64,000 nucleotides of DNA from Microcoleus sp. (GTDB lineage Bacteria; Cyanobacteriota; Cyanobacteriia; Cyanobacteriales; Microcoleaceae). Made by a program: the position numbers and the translations under genes. The notes below the pieces were generated by a model. The model worked only from the letters and a program-made list of their open reading frames with translations, was not told where the DNA came from and ran no database searches. The stretch covers positions 64,001 to 128,000 of the forward strand of contig JAYFMW010000030.1 of the NCBI GenBank assembly GCA_042408215.1, given 5' to 3'. Position 1 is the stretch's first letter. Each line of letters begins with the position of its first letter. Positions 1 through 10,300 of this stretch are shown in pieces.

Positions 1-1881
1 TTTGTTTACGATGCTTTTGGCAATCGGGTTGCTAGTATTGCTGGCGGTGTCAGGACTAATTATTTGACTGCTTCGACTGGCGGTTTGCCGAATGTTTTGA
101 TGGAGTACGGGGCGAACGGTCAAGTTACTGCGGATTACACTTACGGACTTGGTTTGGTTTCTGCGACTCGTAACGGTCGGGAGGGATTCTACCATACTGA
201 TGCTATCGGTTCGACGCGATCTATTACTGATGGTGTTGGTTTGGTTACTGACCGCTATACTTACGATGCTTTTGGCGGGTTGTTGAATCAAACTGGAACT
301 TTTGGCAATTCTTTCCAGTTTGCGGGGGAACAGCGGGATGGTTCTACTGGTTTGGATTATATGCGGGCGAGGTATTACGACTCTGATTTGGGGCGGTTTA
401 TCTCGAAGGACGCTTTCAGTGGCTTTTTAAGCGACCCTTACAGCCAACACGATTACCAGTACGCCCACGCAAATCCGGTGCGGTTTACTGACCCGACTGG
501 TTACTTCACAATGGGTGATGTGATGGGGACGCTGAGTGCAGTGGGGGCGCTAGCTGCGATTGGCGGGGTTGGTTTTGGTGGTGCTTATATCGCTGGGGCT
601 GCTGCTGGTGGGGCTAGCGGTGAGGAAATTCTGGGGATGTTCGGGGATTGGGGTGCGGGGTTTGCTGGCGGGGTGTCGGGCGGTTTTCTGACTGATGTTT
701 ACGAGGGTTACAGCGGTAACAAGTTTGAACCGACTAACGGGATGCTGTGGGGTGCGGGGAACGTGACTGGAATTGGGGTGTCGTTCCTGTTGGGGATGAA
801 GTTGCCGATGGTGGCGGCTACTAAGGTGGGTCCGCTGAAGTGGGCTGCTGCTGCGGGGATGGCGGCTCAAACTGGGCTTGATGTTTACGGTGCGGCGCAG
901 GCGACTGGGAATCTTTACAACAGCTACCAGGATAACGGTGCGTGGGAGGTGCAGGATGCTTGGAATTTGCTGGCTTACGTGCCGTTTGTGGGGATGACGC
1001 TTGGGGTGACTAAGGGGCTTAGCGCTGCGAGGAAGGTCAAGGGCGGCACGCCTGGGGCTGATGATTTGTTGAAGAATGGTCCTGGAACGACTGAAACTTC
1101 GGTGATTGGCGCGTGCTTCGTTGCTGGTACGGAGATTTTGACGACAGATGGGATTAAGAGTATTGAGGATATTCAAGTTGGGGATTGGGTGATTGCTGAT
1201 GACCCTACTACTCCGGGGGGGATTGAGGCGAAAGAGGTTTTGGAGACGTTTGTCAGGGAAACTGATGCGCTGGTTGATTTGTATGTGGATGGGGAGGTAA
1301 TTTCTACTACTGGGGAGCATCCTTTCTGGGTAGCGGATAAGGGATGGGTTGAGGCGAAGGATTTAGTTGTTGGGAGTTTGTTGCAGACTGGGGATGGTAG
1401 GATTGTTGATGTCGATAAAGTTGAGAAGCGGGAAGGTAAGTTTCCGGTTTATAATTTTAAGGTTGAGGGGATTCCGACTTACTTTGTTTCGGAGTTGGGG
1501 ATTCTGGTTCATAATGCAAATTGCATTTCTTTCGATGACCTGATTCCAGAACTGTCGAATCGTCCGCTTTCTTATGAACTAAAACATCTAAAGAAACATT
1601 TGCCTGGTACGCCTCAATCTGACAAATTAATACGTAAAGACGGATCTGCTCATTTATTCAACGATTTGGAAACTTTGAGTAGAGTCGAAGCTGAAATTCT
1701 GAAACGCGGTCAATATACGGGGACTGTACGTGACGCAGAGCGCTATGGCTTAAGATTTGATGAGCCAATTGGATATAGAATTGGAAAAGATGGAAATACT
1801 ACTCCATTAAACTATGGAGAATTAAAAGTCGATCCTGATGGTCAATATCATGTGATTCCAAGAACAGGTCCCTCAAAATGA
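1..1881 (+). CDS. RHS repeat protein C-terminal part (5'-partial): RHS core, Gly-rich hydrophobic linker, pre-toxin HINT domain, C-terminal putative nuclease toxin
   Basis: Frame is open from base 1. RHS core motifs (YTYDAFG, GEQRD..TGLDYMRARYYD, NPVRFTDPTG); HINT CFVAGT...HPFW...LVHN; about 120-aa AT-rich tip ending YHVIPR. Confidence 0.93.
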   Translation, partial: FVYDAFGNRVASIAGGVRTNYLTASTGGLPNVLMEYGANGQVTADYTYGLGLVSATRNGREGFYHTDAIGSTRSITDGVGLVTDRYTYDAFGGLLNQTGTFGNSFQFAGEQRDGSTGLDYMRARYYDSDLGRFISKDAFSGFLSDPYSQHDYQYAHANPVRFTDPTGYFTMGDVMGTLSAVGALAAIGGVGFGGAYIAGAAAGGASGEEILGMFGDWGAGFAGGVSGGFLTDVYEGYSGNKFEPTNGMLWGAGNVTGIGVSFLLGMKLPMVAATKVGPLKWAAAAGMAAQTGLDVYGAAQATGNLYNSYQDNGAWEVQDAWNLLAYVPFVGMTLGVTKGLSAARKVKGGTPGADDLLKNGPGTTETSVIGACFVAGTEILTTDGIKSIEDIQVGDWVIADDPTTPGGIEAKEVLETFVRETDALVDLYVDGEVISTTGEHPFWVADKGWVEAKDLVVGSLLQTGDGRIVDVDKVEKREGKFPVYNFKVEGIPTYFVSELGILVHNANCISFDDLIPELSNRPLSYELKHLKKHLPGTPQSDKLIRKDGSAHLFNDLETLSRVEAEILKRGQYTGTVRDAERYGLRFDEPIGYRIGKDGNTTPLNYGELKVDPDGQYHVIPRTGPSK

Positions 1882-2096
1882 TTCAAGAATGGTATGAAGT
1901 ATGGGTTGATGAATCAACCAAAGTTCCTTATGTTTTGTTTCTTTGCCCCGATCAAAACAATTCAGGAGGAATATTAATTATTGACCCAAAACAAAACAAT
2001 CAAATAATCCAGAAGCTACCTGACTATAATACAGCAGTTTTGTGGTTAACTGAGGATGAGTATACTCGTGTTGAGGGCAGAATGGAGATTGAATAA
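1878..2096 (+). CDS. Putative cognate immunity protein of the RHS toxin
   Basis: 72 aa, ATGA overlap with the toxin stop, AT-rich. Confidence 0.75.
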   Translation: MIQEWYEVWVDESTKVPYVLFLCPDQNNSGGILIIDPKQNNQIIQKLPDYNTAVLWLTEDEYTRVEGRMEIE

Positions 2097-2182
2097 AATT
2101 AACGCCTAATGATAGTAAAATCTCCGTCTGATGTTGCTCAACAAAGTCTACGATTTGACTTTAACCCTAATAATATAGTAGG

Positions 2183-3002
2183 GAGATTCTGACTGTTGAT
2201 GGGATTAAGAATATTGAGGATATTCGAGTTGGGGATTGGGTGATTGCTGATGACCCGACTACTCCTGGGGGGATTGAAGCGAAGCAGGTTTTGGAGACGT
2301 TTATCAGGGAAACTGATGCGTTGTACGATCTGTATGTAGATGGGGAGGTGATTTCGGCTACTGGGGAACATCCTTTCTGGACGCCGGATTTAGGTTGGGT
2401 TGAAGCGAAGGATTTAACTGTTGGGTCATTGTTGCAAACCGCTGATGGTCGGGTTGTTGATGTCGATCGAGTTGAGAGGAGGGAAGGGAAATTTGAGGTT
2501 TATAATTTTAATGTTGAGGGATTCCATACCTACTATGTCTCGGATTTAGGGATTCTAGTTCATAATGCAGAATATCCTAGGGATGCTATAGAAATACAAA
2601 GAAACCTTCCGAGGGATATAGGTGACAAGGCTGTTGCTACAGATGGAGATATCACAACTCTCAGTGGATATGCCCCCCCATTTGAAACCACCTGGATTCG
2701 ATCATGTTCCTGCTACTGATGTTATGCAACGAGCCGAAGAGATTGGACATATTTTTCCAAATCAGGGTGGCTTCGATCGCGGAACTCCAGGTTTATCAAA
2801 AGCAAGTCATGCAGAAGTTCAACTAATAGTTGGTAAGCCAAATGCAAATAATATTCAAATTGCCCCCAAAGCTATGTGTAAGAGCTGTCATGATTTCTTT
2901 CAGAAAGAAGCAAGACATCAGGGCAGACCTATAACAGTTATAGATGCCACCGGTCGAGTAACGTTTAACGGAGATGGAACTGTCACTCCCCCCAGATATT
3001 GA
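2183..3002 (+). pseudogene. Orphan HINT + deaminase-like toxin module; no start codon, frameshift at the C7 run 2673-2679
   Basis: 2183-2565 is a diverged copy of the HINT at ~1132-1515 and lacks the N-terminal Cys. The second frame carries SHAEVQ...MCKSC, a zinc deaminase motif. Confidence 0.8.
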
Positions 3003-3014
3003 GGAATATTAACT

Positions 3015-3620
3015 ATGAATGCATTACCTGAAGCTATTCAACAGATTCTAGAAGATTGTCGCTCTAGCATTACTGAAAGAGGTGAATTGCCAGCTAAAAA
3101 TCGTGAAAATTTATACAAAAAACTTGATAAGTTTCTTCCAAATAACCCCAAATATGTTGCTCATTATTGGAGAGCTAAGCTAGAGCTAAATTGTGCGCTA
3201 AAAGTCCTACATAAATGGGAATCATGTGAATTAGCTGATAGCTCTGCTCGCCAGTTATTATCTGACGCAGAGCGATATTTAGTGGGAGAATTAGAAAGCG
3301 AGGTCTTAAGAAGTAGAAAAAGTCTTTTGTACAGTCAAACAGAAAATTTAATGGATAATGGTCTAGAATATTTTGTAGCTGCTTATGCTGGATTTGCTTG
3401 TGTTTCAGCAGTTAATGCAGCGTTATACGATCTTAAGTTTAAGACTCTGGGACTCCCAGAAATAGAAACTGAGCCTGATTTTTGGACAGCTTGCTTTCTT
3501 GCTTCTCTAGCATACTGTGGAGGCGCAACATGGGAAGAGGGAGTCGGAGATGATTTGAAGAGAAGAGAATTTTGGGAGTGGTTTCTCAATGAGGCAGTAC
3601 CTGCTTTATGGAAAATTTAA
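3015..3620 (+). CDS. Imm5-like immunity protein
   Basis: C-terminal PDFWTACFLASLAYCGGATWE...RREFWEWFL resembles Imm5; follows a deaminase toxin. Confidence 0.7.
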   Translation: MNALPEAIQQILEDCRSSITERGELPAKNRENLYKKLDKFLPNNPKYVAHYWRAKLELNCALKVLHKWESCELADSSARQLLSDAERYLVGELESEVLRSRKSLLYSQTENLMDNGLEYFVAAYAGFACVSAVNAALYDLKFKTLGLPEIETEPDFWTACFLASLAYCGGATWEEGVGDDLKRREFWEWFLNEAVPALWKI

Positions 3621-3723
3621 GACTTACTCTTCCTTAGCTAATCTTTTAACTCACAAAAACTTTACCCGTACAAGAGCCAATTCACAAGCATAAAATACAA
3701 ATAACACCCCCACACAAACAACC

Positions 3724-4350
3724 ATGACACCTAAAGTAACCATCCAAGAACTGGCGATCGCCCTAACTGCCAAAAACCACTCCCCCACGCTCCTCAACGC
3801 AGACTTCCTCAAATACAGCGGCATCGTTCCACCTGACTGGGAACTCGCCCGCCCCCCCATTTTCAGTCCCCAGATATCTCAAATCGCCTTCACCAACGGC
3901 ATCAACATCGTCGCCCAATCGAACGCCATCACCTTCATCGAATCCCTGAGTGCAAAGTCACAAGAAGACGTAAAAATTCCCGACATTATCCGCAAGTACG
4001 TTGAAGCGCTACCCCGCACCGACTATCAAGCTTTAAGCATCAATCCCAGAAGCTTCATCACCTTTGAAGCAGGAGACGATAATGCTGCCCGCGAGTTCAT
4101 CACCTCCACTTTACTCTCGAAAGGCACTTGGTCTGATGTGGGGAAAGCTCCCGTAAAAGCTGCTGTCAATTTAGTGTACTCTCTCGAACAAGGAGAACTT
4201 AACTTGAGCGTAGCCGAAGCTTTGTTGCAACTGCAAGATGCCGAGCCAACTCCCGCAGTATTGTTTTCTGGTAGTTTCCAGTACGAATTAGCCGGGGAAT
4301 TAGAAGGCGAGAAACTGCAACACTTGTACAAGCTGTATTTGACGATTTAA
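3724..4350 (+). pseudogene. Hypothetical protein, 3'-truncated paralog of 13026..13733
   Basis: Near-identical to the 13026 protein up to HLYKL (nt 4334), then diverges abruptly. Confidence 0.8.
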
Positions 4351-7300
4351 ACGGCAACGGTTTCCGCGATTCTAAATTAGTTAAAGGTAATAATCCGGCG
4401 ATCGTCTTGGCAATTGACGTTTCTGGGAGCACGGCTGCTCCGTTTGATGGCCCGGCTGGAGTAGATAACGTTCTCAAGGCTCAAGTCGCCGCCACCCTAA
4501 CTCTTATCGATACATTAATAGCTCAAGGTTTGGGCGATCGCATCAATATCGGCTTGATTCCCCATCAATACACCGCCCAAATTCAAGATATGGACCCCGC
4601 GACGCCGGGAGTTCAGACATACACCACTCCCAACGCAGATAAAAACAACAACGGCATTTCCGACATCCGGGAAATTCTAGCAACCAACACTTACACCATC
4701 CCCAACGGTCACAATGACTTTACCAAAGCCGTACAGGCGATCGACCTTCTTGTCCCTTTGATGCCGGGAGATAAGAATGTTATCTTCATGTCCGACGGCT
4801 ACGGTGCTCTAGATGCCACTGTTGCAGCTCTCGTGGGGGCCGACCTCAAAACTAAGGGCATCGGCTTGACAGCTTTTGGTATCGGCAAATATTCGACCCT
4901 GGATACCATCAAAAAACTTGACCCCGATGCGGTGATTTTGACCGATATCGACCAGTTAAGCAGCGTTTTCGGCGGTTTTGACCCCCGCTACACTCTAGAG
5001 CCTTTAATGGAAAACGTGCCGGTCTATCTGGATATTAACAACAACGGCATACTAGACCCCAACGAACCGAAGCAGTTGACCAAAAAGGACGATTCTGAGT
5101 CGAATCTGGGCAAAACCAACTATCAGTTTACTTTTGACAACTTAGTGCCCGGTACTTACAAAGTGCGAACTGTAGCGCCCAGCGGCTACACGCAGACAGC
5201 ACCTAGTACCTCGGTTTTCACGGATACCGTGACAACTGCGGGGCAAACTTTTACTCACTTGTTCGGCGTGCACAAAGGTTCCCAAGAGTTGCCCAACTCC
5301 GACCCCACTTTTTTGACTGCTGCGCCAACAACGAAGTTGAAAGCTGGGGAATCCCTAGTTTACAGGGCTTTGGCTTCTGACCCGGATGCGGACGAGGTAA
5401 CTTACGGTTTGGTTCTCAACCCGGATGGAATGAGCGTAGACCCGAAGAACGGTACTGTAGTTTGGACTCCGACGGCTACTCAGGTTGAGGAATATTATAA
5501 AGAGCTACGGGCGACGCGCGATCGTTTGATTGCTTTCGGTAGAGGAGATTCCGCACCACAGGCTGTGAAGTTCAATGTCGTGCTGCGGGCATCTGACGGC
5601 AAGGGCGGTCAGGCTTTGCAGTACGTCGAGGTGGAACTGATACCGCCCAACAATCCTCCGGTCTTTACATCTGCTGCGCCATCCAAAGAGCAACCTCAAG
5701 CGGGTAAGCGCTTCGAGTATCGCGCGGTAGCGGAGGATGCTGACGGCGATAATATTGTTTATACGATTTTACCCGGTGCACCGATTGGTGCCGCAATTAA
5801 CGCGACTACCGGACTGGTAACTTGGACGCCGACAGCGGGACAGTTGGGAACGAATTCATTCACCGTCAAAGCCACTGACAGTAAGGGCTCAGAAGCCAAG
5901 TTAGAAGTGCCGCTGCGGGTAATTGAAGCGATTCCCAACCGCCCTCCTGACATTACATCCAGCCCCCGCACAGTAGCCCGCATCGGCAACGGGTATTTCT
6001 ACAAACTCGCTGCAACCGACCCCGACGGCAACCCGATCACCTTTACTTTAGTTTCCAAGCCGGCTGGGATGACCGTTGATGCGGAGGGTTTAGTGTCTTG
6101 GATTCCCACAGCTTCGCAAACCGGCCCCATCGCAGTATCGGTGTTGGCTAGCGACGGCTTTGGGGGAAGCGATACTCAATCCTGGACTGTTAATGTCTCT
6201 AATTCGGCCGTTAACCGACCTCCAAGTATTACTTCGACACCGGATACGGTTACTAATTTGGAACGAGTTTACCGTTACCAGCTAACAGGAACCGACCCCG
6301 AAGGAGACTATTTGCTGTGGAGTTTGGATAATGCTCCCAAGGGTATGGTAATCGATGCTAAAACAGGCAGTCTTAGCTGGCAGCCAACTCCCGAACAAAT
6401 TGGGGAACAGACTATTGCAGTGCGAGTGACTGATGCTAAGGGTTCTTATGTGGGTCAGGAATTCAGTTTAAAGGTAACAGGAATTAACACGCCACCTGCA
6501 ATTGTTTCGGTTCCAGTCACAGTCGCCGGAATCAATCAAACCTACAAATATCAAGTAATCGGAACCGACCCGGAAAACGATGCCCTGCGTTATAGTTTGG
6601 GAACCAAACCTTCGGGCATGAAGATTGACCAAAAGACTGGTTTGATTGAATGGACTCCGGCTACTAATGCTGTAGGTTCTCTTGAAGTAGAGGTTTTAGC
6701 AACAGATACCCAGGGGGCGGTGGGGAATCAGAGATTTGCAGTATCTGTGGGCACTACTGCTATCAATCAGCCTCCAACTGTAGTTTCCAGCCCCGTATTT
6801 GCAGCATCTTTAGGGAGTGCGTACACCTATACAGTACAAGCGACTGACCCGGATGGTAACGCTTTAACTTATCAATTATTGAAAGCACCAATGGGGATGG
6901 CAATTAATCCGACAACTGGATTGCTAACTTGGGCTAATCCGATTGCTGGAAACCATCAAATAGTAGTCGGCGCTGTAGATGCTGGCGGCTTGGGGGCAGC
7001 CCAAGGTTTTACATTAACTGCGAGGGCAAATTCTACTCCTGTAATTCCCAATATTCCCCCGCAACAAGTCGCTAGCGGTCAACCCTATCGTTACGATTTG
7101 AAGGCGAATGATGCTGAGGGAGATTTGCTTTCTTATTCTCTGTTGCAATCTCCAACTGGCATGACTGTTGATGAATTTGGGCGGATTAGTTGGGTTCCTA
7201 AATCGAATGATGTCGGCACGACTAAGCCAGTTCAAATTGCTGTCATCGATACCTTTGGCAAGACTGTTACTGTTTCTTACAATTTAAGCGTTGTCGCTGA

Positions 7301-10300
7301 TACTGTCGCCCCGAAAGTAAATTTAATTGCAAGCAAGAATGCAGCTAATGTTGGGGAATCGGTAACGTTTACAGTCAATGCTGTAGATAATGTCAAAGTC
7401 GAGTCTTTGGGATTGACAATTAACGGCACTCCGGTTGTCATAGATGCACAAGGCAAGGCAACTGTCAAGTTAAATAATTCAACTCCAATCACAGCAGTTG
7501 CAACAGCTAAAGATGCGGCTGGGAATGTAGGGAATGCGACTCAAACTGTAGCAGCAATTGACCCCACCGATGTCAATGCGCCTGTTATAAATATCGCCCT
7601 GGAAGATGATGCAGAAATCACCGCGCCCTTCAATATTACTGGCACAATTAGCGACAGCAATTTAGCATACTATACATTGGAAGTTGCTCCGGTTGGTGGC
7701 GGGCAAATTCCGGGCGATGGCGGAGGATTTAAGGAGGTTTATCGCGGAACTGCTGCTGTCAGCAACGGAACGGTTGCGACATTCGACCCGACTATTTTGG
7801 CTAACGGCGCTTACGTTCTCAAATTCACTGCATTTGACGCTAACGGTAACGGTTCGACTACTGAAAGGACGGTGAATGTTGCTGGTGATTTGAAGTTGGG
7901 GAATTTCCGGTTATCCTTTACTGATTTATCGGTTCCAGTGGCTGGTATTCCGATTAATGTAACTCGAACTTACGATTCTTTGAATGCCAATTCTAGCGAT
8001 GATTTTGGGTACGGCTGGCGGATGGAGTTCCGAGATACTGATTTGAAGACTTCGCTAAAAGCTGACCCGACTTTTGAGGAGTTGGGGATAAATACTGTAC
8101 CGTTTGATAGCAAGACTAAGGTGTTTATTACGTTACCGGGTGGTAAGCGGGAAACGTTTACTTTTAAGCCGACTCCGCATCATCTGAATCAGTATTTAGG
8201 AGGGGCTGGGCCGGGTGCTCAGATGTTTAAACCGGCTTTTGAGTCTCAGAAAGGTTCGACGATGACTCTGACGGTGAAGGACGCGAATTTGGTACGGAAT
8301 GAGAACGGGTATTACGGGGTGAACGCACAGCCCTTCAATCCCGAAAATCCTGCTTTTGGTGGGGTGTATGTGTTGACTACTAAGGAGGGATTGGTTTACG
8401 AGATTGATGCGAAGTCTGGGGATTTGCTGACTGCTACTGATGCGAATGGGAATAAGCTGACTTTTAGCGATGCGGGGATTGCAAGTTCGACTGGTAAGTC
8501 GGTGACTTTTGAGAGGGATGTTGCTGGGAGGATTGTCGGTGTTGTTGACCCGGATGGGAAGAAGGTTAAGTACGAATACGATGCGAAAGGGGATTTGGTT
8601 GCTGTTAAGGATAGGGAGAATAATACTACGACTTTTAAGTATGAAGATGAAGACAGACCGCACTTTTTAACTGAGGTTATCGATTCGTTGGGACGCAGTG
8701 GAGTTAAGACTGAATACGACGATTCCGGCCGCCTCAAGCAGATGGTGGATGCGAATGGTTCGGCGGTGGAGTTGGTTTACGACCCGAATAATTCGATTCA
8801 GAAGGTTAAGGATGTTTTCGGTAAGGAAACTACTTACGTTTACGACAGTCGCGGGAACGTTTTAACTGAGATTGACCCGTTAGGTAAGAGGGTTGATAGG
8901 ACTTTTGATGGGGATAATAACGTTCTGACTGAGACTGTAATTACCACTGAGTTAAATGCGGCGGGGACTTCGGTTGAGGTGAGGTCGAAGACTGAGTGGA
9001 CTTACGACGCGAAAGGGAATAAGTTAAGTGAGAAAGACCCGTTAGGGAATATTACGCGGTGGACTTATAACAGTCGGGGGCAGGTTTTGACTGAGACTGA
9101 TGCGTTGGGGAATAGTGCGAGTTATACTTATTCTCCTAGCGGGAATTTGCTGTCTACTAAAGATGCGAAGGGTAATGTTACCAGATACAGCTACGACACC
9201 AGAGGCAACATTTTAACCATCACCGACGCCACCAACAACACCACCAACTTCCAATACAATGCAGCAGGCGACGTAACCAATTTACAAGACTCATCCGGCA
9301 ACAAAGCTACCTACATCTACGACAGCAACGGCAATATGCTGCGGGAGACAATGACAGTATTAACTCCCACTGGCCCGCAAGAATTCGTAACAGAATGGAC
9401 TTACAACAATGAAGGACAAATCAAGTCAGTTACTCAAGGAGGCAGCACCGTAACATACGAATACGAAGCGGGGCGCCAAAGTGCCCGCATCGAAAACAAC
9501 CTCCGTACCGAATACCGTTACAACTCCCAAGGTAAGTTAGTTGAAACTATTTATCCCGACGATACTCCTAGCAACTCTGACAATTCCCGAACCATTACTG
9601 TTTACGATAAAGGAGGTCGTCAAAGGGCTACTATTGACCGTGACGGACGAGTTACTCACTACAAATACGACGACGCGGGACGGCTGACTGAAACTATTTA
9701 TCCCAACGAAACAGCCAATCAAGTACAGCAATTGCTGAACGCTATTTCTCCGGGTCAAACTCCTCAATCTGTTGACTGGACAAATATCGTTTATCCCGAC
9801 AGTACGCCTGCTTATTTAACCAGCAATTCTCGAACCAAAACTGAATACTACAAAACTGGAGAAGTCAAAGCAGAAATCGATGTTTCGGGGAACCGTACCG
9901 AGTACGAATACGATGCAGCAGGTCGCGTCAGTCTCACTCGTTTTGATGCTACCAATTACATCACCTATACCTACGATGCAGTTGGCAATAAAATTAGCGA
10001 AACTGTTTTTGCTGGAGGAATTTCGACAACTACTACTTATGATAGTAAAGGTCAGGTAACAGCAACGACAGACCCGAATGGCAAAACTACTCAATTTGAA
10101 TACGACGCTGAAGGACAACTTAAAACTGTTGTCGATGCTTTGCTTCATCGTACTGAATACGCTTACGATAGTGCGGGCAATTTGACAAGTGTTAAGGATG
10201 CTTTGGGTCAGGTAACGGCTTATGAATACGATGACAAAGGTCGCCGCAAGGCTGTAATTCGATCGGACAATAAGCGTTCTACTTTTGTTTACGATGATGT

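Noticed and set aside
1115..1515. True splicing intein
   Set aside because: Pre-toxin HINT context, and HN is followed by Ala, consistent with cleavage rather than splicing
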